In this document: positions 31,285 to 39,679 of the stretch, in pieces
Numbering within the stretch: the first letter of the stretch is position 1
How the letters are laid out: each line of letters starts with the position of its first letter
DNA from: a virus
Strand: one strand, 5' to 3'
DNA: 41,345 bases
Virus record (IMG/VR): IMGVR_UViG_3300038527_000002
Position numbers and translations under genes: made by a program
Notes under the pieces: model-generated
Told to the model about the DNA's origin: nothing
The model's input: the letters and a program-made list of their open reading frames with translations, nothing else
The model's database searches: none

Positions 31285-32236
31285 TAATGCAGATTTATGT
31301 TCCGTTAAAAGCGGAAACACAGGCTGGGAGAATTGCGGCATAGATATAGAAAGGATAAAATCCATTCTTATTATGCCCCGCTCGCTGGCTTTTGACGCAG
31401 ACGATATTGCTTCGGATGCTGCTTTGATTGCCGCCCTTCAGGCTGCCACTGTTGCCGCTAAGTCGGCACGGGTGTACCCTCTTATGGATAGGGTGGTGAT
31501 GTTGACCAATAACACCGCAGAACCCACTCAGGACACGGCGGGTTATGGTAACCTTATGGGTGTGATCTTCGGGAAGCACAACTTCCAGATGAGGATTGAC
31601 AACAATGGGCTGCACTTGTTCCAACAGCTCTTTAAATTCAATAACAACAAAGGACTGTCGTTTGCCTTCATTGATGGCAATGGTAAGTTGTTTGCTCGTA
31701 AATATTCAACAGGCTTCAAGGGAATGCCCGGGCAGATTATCGTAAACCAGACTATGCCTGCCGTTGATGCTACCGTGATGACGCAGAACCTTAGTATCAT
31801 CCTTGACGAGGAAGACGCTATAATGAACGATGCCAAGTTGTTCGTTTACCCGTTCTCTTCGGATTACGTTTTGGGTGATTACCTGCACGGCATTCACGAT
31901 GTTGTTCTTTCGGGTACAGCTACTTCTTCTAAGATTGAGGTAAGGGGTATTCTTCCCGCTAACTTCGTTGACTTCGTGGCTCTTTATGCTACCGAGTTGG
32001 CCAATGTTGGTGCTTGGGTTGTCACTGCTCAGGCTACGGGTGCTGCTATAACCCCTTCGGGTGTAACGGTATCTGGAAGCACCGTCTCTATTGCTGCCAC
32101 TCTGTCTGCCGGTTCTACTTATCTTGTCAGCCTTGCCGCCCCTGCTGATTTGATAGAACTCACCAATCCGATTGGTTCGAAGACAACGGGAGGTTACGAA
32201 AGTAACGTCTTGAAAGTTACTGTACCAGGTGCATAG
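31277..32236 (+). CDS. Major tail protein with C-terminal Ig-like domain
   Basis: 319 aa, positioned before the chaperone pair and tape measure. The C-terminus is Ala/Thr/Ser/Val-rich beta-type sequence (..VTVSGSTVSIAATLSAGSTYLVSLAAP..). A strong hairpin follows. Confidence 0.65.
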   Translation: MISNADLCSVKSGNTGWENCGIDIERIKSILIMPRSLAFDADDIASDAALIAALQAATVAAKSARVYPLMDRVVMLTNNTAEPTQDTAGYGNLMGVIFGKHNFQMRIDNNGLHLFQQLFKFNNNKGLSFAFIDGNGKLFARKYSTGFKGMPGQIIVNQTMPAVDATVMTQNLSIILDEEDAIMNDAKLFVYPFSSDYVLGDYLHGIHDVVLSGTATSSKIEVRGILPANFVDFVALYATELANVGAWVVTAQATGAAITPSGVTVSGSTVSIAATLSAGSTYLVSLAAPADLIELTNPIGSKTTGGYESNVLKVTVPGA

Positions 32237-32245
32237 TTTAAAAGT

Positions 32246-32278
32246 AGGTAAGTGGGGGAGCTTTTCTCTCACTTACCT
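32246..32278 (+). terminator. Stem-loop after the major tail gene (attenuator/terminator or RNA-stabilising hairpin)
   Basis: aggtaagtg (32246-32254) pairs with cacttacct (32270-32278), a perfect 9-bp stem with a 15-nt loop. No clear U-tract follows. Confidence 0.4.
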
Positions 32279-32361
32279 TAAACGTGTTACAAAGACGAAG
32301 TTTTGGCGGGACTTCGCACACCTTACAGAGGAGCAGAGGGAAGAAGTATGGGAGGCACGTA

Positions 32362-32787
32362 ATGAATATAAGCGAATACCTAAGCAAGTTGAAGACGTTC
32401 AACCTACTGACGGAGGTTGAGGAGATAATCAATGAGAACGAAAAACAAGTCGTTGAGCTTATAGAGCGACAACTGGCCGAGGGCAGGCGAGGTGATGGAA
32501 CACTACTGCCTCTTTATAAGGAAACGACAAAGATTATAAAGCGAGAAAAAGGAACAATTCTCTTAGGTGATCGCATATCGTTGATTGACACGGGGGATTT
32601 TTGGGAATCTATCTTTGCAACAGCCTACAAGGGTTCTGTTGAGATTGACGCAAAAGACTGGAAGCGGGATGAGTTAATAGCAAGATATGGCGATGAGGTT
32701 CTTCTGCTTGCCGAGGACTCGTTAGAGGAATTATCAAAATTAGTTTTTACTAAACTAAAGCAACGCTTCAATGAGCATTTTTCTTAA
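32362..32787 (+). CDS. Tail assembly chaperone (by position)
   Basis: The first ATG of ORF 32284..32787 is at 32362 (MNISEYLSKLKTF..). It is one of two ORFs between the major tail protein and the tape measure. Confidence 0.5.
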   Translation: MNISEYLSKLKTFNLLTEVEEIINENEKQVVELIERQLAEGRRGDGTLLPLYKETTKIIKREKGTILLGDRISLIDTGDFWESIFATAYKGSVEIDAKDWKRDELIARYGDEVLLLAEDSLEELSKLVFTKLKQRFNEHFS

Positions 32788-33343
32788 AGACGTATATACG
32801 ATCACGCTTGCCGACTATATTACGCTGGTTTGCGATAAGAAGTTACACGTACTAAAGAAATGGAGCGTTCCTGTGCCGAGGCGCAAACTTGTAGAGGCTT
32901 ACGCCCACCTTATAGACCAGTACACGGAGTTGACGACAAACCCCGATGTCAAGGTATCGAAGAACAAGCGGGAGCGGTTGAACAGGTTAATCGAGCGGCA
33001 TACTATAATTTTTTCCTGTTACACGATTCTAAGATATAAGGAGAGCGAAGTAGCACGGGTGTTGCTTAAAAAGCATCTGTTTATCCCGAAAGACGATAGT
33101 AGGAAAAAGGCAATAGCCAAATGCGTATCCGTTCTCAAGGGAATGGAACAGGAGATTAACGAGCTAAAGAAGAAAAAGACAGAGGATAGCATAACCCGGG
33201 CTGACTTCGAGCGTTCTATCGTTGTTCTTCGCAAAAACGGGTATGTTGTTGACAGGTCAATGATGCTCTCAGAGTACATACAGGTAGAGAATTTAGCACG
33301 AGAAGAATATGAATCAAGGAATAATAGACAACGTAGTAAGTAA
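32771..33343 (+). CDS. Second tail assembly chaperone-position ORF
   Basis: 190 aa. It overlaps the previous ORF by 17 nt in the +1 frame and overlaps the tape measure start. Confidence 0.5.
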   Translation: MSIFLKDVYTITLADYITLVCDKKLHVLKKWSVPVPRRKLVEAYAHLIDQYTELTTNPDVKVSKNKRERLNRLIERHTIIFSCYTILRYKESEVARVLLKKHLFIPKDDSRKKAIAKCVSVLKGMEQEINELKKKKTEDSITRADFERSIVVLRKNGYVVDRSMMLSEYIQVENLAREEYESRNNRQRSK

Positions 33344-36300
33344 AGAGGCTTTTGATCAGGTTCAGAAGTTAGAATCTATGCTTGAAAGTGTAGGTGCGAA
33401 GATGTCGTCTATTGGTGTAAGGTTGCCCAGGAGCAAAGAATCCGATCAGCTAATTAGTGCATTAAAGAAAATCGAAGAGCTTGAGAATAAGATTGCCGCC
33501 ATAACCGATCAACGGATTCAAAAGGAGCTAAATTTAGATAGACAGATAAAAGAAAGAAAGGTCAGTTTGGATGCTCTTACCCGGGCTGAACGTGAACAGA
33601 TAAAAGCCACGAATGAAGTGGTTGGCTCGTATCAAAATCTTGTATCGTCTTATAACATTGCTAAAAAGGAGATGTTGGATATGGCCGCGGCTGGTGATAC
33701 CACTTCTGCTAAATACCAAGAAGCAAAGCTAAGGGTTCAGGAACTTGATGCACAGATTAAAAGTTTAAATGCAAGCACACGTGGCACGGTACAGGCCAAG
33801 CAAAATGAAGTAGGTGCTTATACTCAATTAGTGCAGGCTTATAACTTAGCCCGCAAGGAGATGCTGGATATGGCTGCCGCTGGTGATCTTACGTCAAAGA
33901 AATTCCTTGACGCCAAAGCTAACGCCACGAAATTAGGCACAGACCTGTTTAGGCTTAACGCATTAACGATGCAGGTGGGCTCAGGAATGAATAATGCCTA
34001 TAATTCCACGTTCCAGATGACACAGGTTATGCGGGAGCTTCCCAACTTTGCAATGGGGGCACGCATAGGCTTTATGTCGCTGTCGAATAACCTACCGATG
34101 CTCTATGATGGCTTTGCTCAGTTAGCGAAGCAGATAGATAACGTTACGGGGAAAGAAAAAGGCTGGGGCTATGCCTTTAAGACTATGGGTAAGTCCTTGC
34201 TTTCTATGAATACTGTTCTTATCCTTGCCACCACGTTACTTGTTCTTTTTGGCGATGACCTTGTTAAGCTTATAGGTAAATTAAGTGCTGCCGAGCAGGC
34301 GAATAATGAGTTTATCAAGTCGTTGAAAGAGGGCAACGAGGAATATATGACGGCCGTTGAGAATATCGCTAAAGTTGAATCGGCTTTCGATGGTTATGAA
34401 AAAGGAGTACTCACCGCTTCTCAGGCTTTGGAGATATATAATAAAGAATTGGGTGATACTTTCGGCTCACAGGAAGATTTAAACGCTGCTATCGAGGATG
34501 TAACGAATAAGAAAGAGGGTTATCTTGATGCTATGCTTTCTATGGCTTTAGCGAACAAGTATCTTGAGATTGCCTCAAAGAACGCTTCTAAGTCTGTGGG
34601 ACTTCGGGCGCAAGATGAGGTTAAGTGGTATCAAAAGATTAGTAATTCAGTTATATTGTTCGGTAAATTAATGGTAAGCCTCGGAAAGGGAAATTTGGCA
34701 GAGGCTATGAAATATTCTTTAGAAATTACATCTATCGAGGATTCAATAATATCAAATAGAGAGGCAAGAGCCAAGAAAGCCGAAATAGAAGCCCGTGAGC
34801 AGTTAGAGGAATACGAAAAGACGATGAACGAGTATTATAGAATACTCAAAGAAAATGGGCTTAAGATTGGGGATGAGTACAAGAACAGGGAACGCATAGC
34901 CCGTGAGATCATCACACGTGAACAGGCTTATTCGGAGATACGGGGGAGAATAGTTGAAGAACTTACCGAGTTGGAGTTGAAAAAGAGCAGGGAAATGGCC
35001 GATGGTCAGGTGAACTCTTATCTTACAAGGATGCGGGCAGCCGAAGAGTTTTATACTAATTCTATTGCTTTAGCTAAAGCAGATTATGAGGTTGCGAAGA
35101 GAAATGCCGATGAGAAACTTCGTGTTGATAGGAAACGGATAGATAAGACCTTAGAAGGAAACAAAAAACTATACGAACAGGGGAAACTATCTTTAGAGGA
35201 ATACGAAAAAGCGCAGAGAAACCACGATGAGAATATTGAGATACTCGAAAACAATCACAAAGGGGCTTTAGTAAAGGCACAAGATGAGTATAATAAAACC
35301 ATCAAAGAATTAGAGATAGAGCGCATATCTGACATACGGAGCATCACCTTAGACGGCTATAAAGATACAATTCGGGATATGGATATCCAATTAGAGGAAC
35401 AGCAAGCCTTAATGGACAAACATTATAAAGAGCTTGAGAATAAATACTCAGAGAAGAATATGCTGGATATTTTCTTCGGTGATGATAACGCTATGCGGGT
35501 TCTTCTTCTTCAACAGGAATATGAACGTGAATCACTGAATCTGCAAAAGGCTTTCGTTGAACACAAGCTGAGTATGTACAAAGAGGGCACACAGGAATAT
35601 ATCGACACACAGGCTGAGTTGAACAGTATTATAATTGAGGAAGAACGCTTATCTGCCGAACAGCGTATCGAGTTGGAAAACGAAGTACAGAACAGAAAGA
35701 AAGACTTACAAAAGGGGATAGCGGAAAACACGAAGGATGCCCTAAAGGAGGTTTGGGAATCATATTTCGAGTGGTACGACAAACAATTGGATAAGGAATT
35801 GGAGAAACAAGAGAGGGTGAAAGATAAAAGGCTGGAGGTTATACAAAGCCAGTACGATTCATCTTTAATGACGCAAGAGGAATACGAAGCACAAAAGGAA
35901 GCTATTGAACTCGAATCAGAAAAGAGGGAACAGGAGATTGAGAAACGAAGAGAGGAAGCCGAGCGTCGGAAGTTCTTTCTTGAGCAGGCAATGGCATTGG
36001 CTAAGGTATGGATTAATGCGGCTTTGAAAATATCCTCGCCAGCTAACGTTATGGGTGTTCTTACTCCGCTTTATCTTGCTGAGGCTGTAACGGCAACAGC
36101 TCTTATCGCTGCTCAGTCGATTCCTTACTTCGAGGAGGGGGGCGAAATGAAAGAAACAGGGTTAGCCGTTGTTGGTGAGAAGCGCAAAGAGGTTGTTTTA
36201 ACGCCACGTGGCGAGGTTTACATTACGCCCGATACTCCAACGCTCGTACACCTCGAGCGTGGCTCTACGGTCTTCCCTGATGCCTCAAACCTGAACAATG

Positions 36301-36461
36301 AAGCGATAGCCAAGATGGTGATGGTGAATGCTGGGTTGAACTTTTCCACTAAAACTCTGGAAAAGAAACTCGATAAACTGATAGCAATCGAGGAGGGCAA
36401 GACCTTTCAACTACCTAAGGAACGATTAATGGACAAACTTATATTTGCACGCAAACTATGA
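33309..36461 (+). CDS. Tape measure protein
   Basis: 1050 aa, mostly coiled coil, with central hydrophobic segments (..LLSMNTVLILATTLLVLFG..). It carries an internal 64-aa tandem duplication. Synteny agrees. Confidence 0.85.
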   Translation: MNQGIIDNVVSKEAFDQVQKLESMLESVGAKMSSIGVRLPRSKESDQLISALKKIEELENKIAAITDQRIQKELNLDRQIKERKVSLDALTRAEREQIKATNEVVGSYQNLVSSYNIAKKEMLDMAAAGDTTSAKYQEAKLRVQELDAQIKSLNASTRGTVQAKQNEVGAYTQLVQAYNLARKEMLDMAAAGDLTSKKFLDAKANATKLGTDLFRLNALTMQVGSGMNNAYNSTFQMTQVMRELPNFAMGARIGFMSLSNNLPMLYDGFAQLAKQIDNVTGKEKGWGYAFKTMGKSLLSMNTVLILATTLLVLFGDDLVKLIGKLSAAEQANNEFIKSLKEGNEEYMTAVENIAKVESAFDGYEKGVLTASQALEIYNKELGDTFGSQEDLNAAIEDVTNKKEGYLDAMLSMALANKYLEIASKNASKSVGLRAQDEVKWYQKISNSVILFGKLMVSLGKGNLAEAMKYSLEITSIEDSIISNREARAKKAEIEAREQLEEYEKTMNEYYRILKENGLKIGDEYKNRERIAREIITREQAYSEIRGRIVEELTELELKKSREMADGQVNSYLTRMRAAEEFYTNSIALAKADYEVAKRNADEKLRVDRKRIDKTLEGNKKLYEQGKLSLEEYEKAQRNHDENIEILENNHKGALVKAQDEYNKTIKELEIERISDIRSITLDGYKDTIRDMDIQLEEQQALMDKHYKELENKYSEKNMLDIFFGDDNAMRVLLLQQEYERESLNLQKAFVEHKLSMYKEGTQEYIDTQAELNSIIIEEERLSAEQRIELENEVQNRKKDLQKGIAENTKDALKEVWESYFEWYDKQLDKELEKQERVKDKRLEVIQSQYDSSLMTQEEYEAQKEAIELESEKREQEIEKRREEAERRKFFLEQAMALAKVWINAALKISSPANVMGVLTPLYLAEAVTATALIAAQSIPYFEEGGEMKETGLAVVGEKRKEVVLTPRGEVYITPDTPTLVHLERGSTVFPDASNLNNEAIAKMVMVNAGLNFSTKTLEKKLDKLIAIEEGKTFQLPKERLMDKLIFARKL

Positions 36462-36667
36462 AATATTTACTTTCTTTTCTTCCTTACTCAATCTTCGGCT
36501 TAGCCGTAGGTGTTGTACTTGCTCTTATTCTTTCGATACCTATATGGAAAGCTGTTGTTCTTATCCTTGTAGTGATCGCATCTATGATATTTCTTAATTT
36601 TATTGTCTTACGTTATACATTAGCGGCTTATGATGCCAAAAGAAAACAAGTTCACGCTGAGGTATAA
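36458..36667 (+). CDS. Small membrane protein (two TM helices)
   Basis: 69 aa, ATGA overlap with the tape measure stop. Confidence 0.5.
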   Translation: MKYLLSFLPYSIFGLAVGVVLALILSIPIWKAVVLILVVIASMIFLNFIVLRYTLAAYDAKRKQVHAEV

Positions 36668-38705
36668 AACCCTTTCTTGGGTTGATACTTCTGGGGTTAC
36701 TCATCAAGGGTATAAGACTGCCGACGTTGAGCCGTATAATTGGCCCGACTTCGAGATAGCTATTACCCGTCAGGACTTAGTTGCCGACCGTGAGATAACC
36801 TCTGAACTTGAATTTGCGCATCTTGAAATCATTTCCGACGCACGAAGCGATGGCAAAGACCTTGAGCTGATATTCTCAAAGCGAAATAACGATTGGACAT
36901 ACTCAGAGATTGCCACGTTTACGGCAGATATGACGACTTATCGAGAGGAACGGGAAAGAATACGACTTTCATTTATTGAGAACAGTATAAGAAAGAAATT
37001 AGTTGATAATGCGTCTGTGAAATACGATATTGATGTACCTATTCAGGCAACACGCACACCAAACCCCGATGCTTATACGCTTCTTTACACGGGACTATCG
37101 AGGGATATTGAGAATGTCTTTGCTCCCGCTTTGGTTTCGTTTGACTCACCGAATACTGCTATCCCGGGTGTTCTCGTTAAGCGCACAGCAACCGATCGTT
37201 TATTATTTACTGATAAGATGGGAGCACTCTCACTTTATTCCGGCAATTATACAATAAAGTATAAACTTGGAAAGATAGTGATATTAGACCACCTAGTAAG
37301 GGATGCATCTACTTATAAGATGAGGCTGAATAAATACACAGCAAGAACACTTGTTAGTACGATAAAAGAATGGCCTTATACGAATAAGGCTGATTATCTT
37401 GGTGATTACCTTTACACCTTTGAGGACAGCGCAGAATATAGTCAAATTATTAACCTGAATGTTAATGAATCCTTAGTTCTTGAGGTAACTCATGAACATT
37501 TAAGTGAGGTGCATTCCTATGAGGGAACACGGCTTTCATTTTCTTACATCACAGAATCTCTTTATTCTAATTACATGGTCTATGGTATGACGCAAAAGCA
37601 AGCTCTTACGGCTCTATTGGCAAAGATTACGCCTTGCACGCTTGTTTATAATATTCCCGATACTCTGTTTTTGGCCTCAGAATCCTGTTTGGCTCAGTCC
37701 TTAGAGGCAAAGCTCTCCCTGACGTTAGACGATATTAAGAAGTCTTTGCGCTGTTCTGGAGCTGCGATGTCTGTTTCTGGAACTACTGTAACGGTGGATT
37801 ACGTGGATAATCTTTTCTCCGGCACTTTAGGCGGTACGCTTGTCCCGATTAATAACCCCGTTTTTGAGTACTCGAATGAGCACGTTTACGGATCTGTTCG
37901 TGTTGGGTATAAGGTAAATAACGATGCCGAAAAGTCTATATTTTGCGAGAATGTTTTCAAGCTCTCCGATGATGAGAAAGAGCTGGACTTAGTAAGTCCC
38001 TTTAAAGCCTCTCCTTACGATATCGAGGAAACACTGGATAAACTCCGTACCTCGTCAAACGAAAAGAAGAACTATTCAACAGATATATTCATCTTTGACA
38101 TTAACGCTTTCAATACCTATAATGAAGCGACACTAAACAAAGACTACTATTTAAGAAACAGTATCGGTGGGGAATATAACCTACGCCTAAGTCCCGTGAA
38201 TATTCTGCTCTCTAATGAGCGGTATATTCTTGTTTCGGGAAGTCCTGTTTTCGCCTCTTCAGATGGTGAGGACGGGGCGACAATAAAAGGCTTCGTTCGT
38301 CACTCGTCTTATACAAATTTATTAGATGCTATAACAAATCTAAGTGGCAGGGCATTGAATGTTACTGTTCGCTTTTTGGATATATCTATTGGCCAGATAA
38401 AATACTACAATTATACAGGGGCAACCATTCTTGATGCCGATTGGTTAGATACGGACAACTGGACAGAGGTTTCGTACTTAGAGGAAAGAGAGGTAACGTT
38501 CACCAAAGACCCTCTATTTTACCCGTATTCTATTGTTTTTGATACCTCACAACGCTTAACGACTTTAGACACAACGAAATACTACGCTGTTGTAGATAAT
38601 TTCAGTGATAAGACATATAATTTTTTCATTAATGATATATCTTTGCAATTGACGAAGGTAGAATCACAAAGCTGGAACGGAATATGCTATACACTTCCCG
38701 AATAA
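36630..38705 (+). CDS. Distal tail / baseplate protein (by position)
   Basis: 691 aa, immediately after the tape measure module. Confidence 0.45.
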   Translation: MMPKENKFTLRYKTLSWVDTSGVTHQGYKTADVEPYNWPDFEIAITRQDLVADREITSELEFAHLEIISDARSDGKDLELIFSKRNNDWTYSEIATFTADMTTYREERERIRLSFIENSIRKKLVDNASVKYDIDVPIQATRTPNPDAYTLLYTGLSRDIENVFAPALVSFDSPNTAIPGVLVKRTATDRLLFTDKMGALSLYSGNYTIKYKLGKIVILDHLVRDASTYKMRLNKYTARTLVSTIKEWPYTNKADYLGDYLYTFEDSAEYSQIINLNVNESLVLEVTHEHLSEVHSYEGTRLSFSYITESLYSNYMVYGMTQKQALTALLAKITPCTLVYNIPDTLFLASESCLAQSLEAKLSLTLDDIKKSLRCSGAAMSVSGTTVTVDYVDNLFSGTLGGTLVPINNPVFEYSNEHVYGSVRVGYKVNNDAEKSIFCENVFKLSDDEKELDLVSPFKASPYDIEETLDKLRTSSNEKKNYSTDIFIFDINAFNTYNEATLNKDYYLRNSIGGEYNLRLSPVNILLSNERYILVSGSPVFASSDGEDGATIKGFVRHSSYTNLLDAITNLSGRALNVTVRFLDISIGQIKYYNYTGATILDADWLDTDNWTEVSYLEEREVTFTKDPLFYPYSIVFDTSQRLTTLDTTKYYAVVDNFSDKTYNFFINDISLQLTKVESQSWNGICYTLPE

Positions 38706-39679
38706 CAATACCTAAACTCTGCCCGTTGGTTTTTCAAGATCCCACGATGGCAACAGAGGGCACGTTCTACCCGATGTGCTACACTCAGAAATGGGTGCCT
38801 AATGATAGCACAAAGGTTCAGGTATGGTTTGCCGATGCCACACCCTCGGAGGTCTTCGCCCTTGAGGTCTTTGATGAGTATGGCACTTGTCGGGGTATAT
38901 TCCCGTTCTATTGGGCTACGCTCTCAGCAGGGTACGACTATGCTACGGCTCAGTTAAGGTTTTCTGGACTTAGCGGGATATACGAGGTACGAATAACAAG
39001 CGAAGAATCCCTTTATCCTTTGCTTTCGGAATCTACGCCAGTTGTGGGAGAATATTACGTTCACGGCCATAACATTTGGAAATATACCGGAGGGCCGTAT
39101 AACACAAATGACCCCTGGATTCCCACCGGTGGCGTTGAGATAGCAACAGAAAGCCTTTTAGATACGTTGGCTGATTCATGGCCAATAGAAGTTGGGAACC
39201 ACACGGACACTTTCCTTATAGCTTACGGGAATACCCGCAATGACTTTGAAACCGTGTTCGGGGACTTCGATTACGATACATTTACGTTCCGTATTGAGGG
39301 GGGCTTTATGCCTGACGGCTACCAGGCTGGGGCGGACTTTTCACTATTCACGAACCAGCATCAGGAAGATACTCTAACCTATGCGATGCCCTTTGATACC
39401 CACGTATTGACGATTGGCGATTCGCTGGGTGTGCCGTGGTATTTTTTGGAAAAGATAAACCACATATTTTGTTGCGATATTACCCTTGTCGAGTGGGTTC
39501 AGTACACCCGTACGGGGGATTTAGAGATTGAATGGACAAGCAAAAAAACAGGTATCGGGTCTATCTCTTTAAAGACTGTTACGAACAGGATGACTCAGAA
39601 TATCGATGGCGAGATAATCATTACAGACGAAAGCTCTGTTCCATTGTCTAATGAAGATGAAAAAATATTGATACTATGA
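38684..39679 (+). CDS. Baseplate / fibre-attachment protein (by position)
   Basis: 331 aa. An alternative start at 38747 (MATEGTF..) is possible. Confidence 0.4.
   Translation: MLYTSRITIPKLCPLVFQDPTMATEGTFYPMCYTQKWVPNDSTKVQVWFADATPSEVFALEVFDEYGTCRGIFPFYWATLSAGYDYATAQLRFSGLSGIYEVRITSEESLYPLLSESTPVVGEYYVHGHNIWKYTGGPYNTNDPWIPTGGVEIATESLLDTLADSWPIEVGNHTDTFLIAYGNTRNDFETVFGDFDYDTFTFRIEGGFMPDGYQAGADFSLFTNQHQEDTLTYAMPFDTHVLTIGDSLGVPWYFLEKINHIFCCDITLVEWVQYTRTGDLEIEWTSKKTGIGSISLKTVTNRMTQNIDGEIIITDESSVPLSNEDEKILIL

Noticed and set aside
32229-32420. 63-aa ORF (GTG start) between the major tail gene and the chaperone gene
   Set aside because: It has no ATG, it begins inside the major tail gene stop region and it spans the 9-bp terminator-like hairpin. 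It also overlaps the better-supported ATG at 32362. It is probably non-coding, though I am uncertain.
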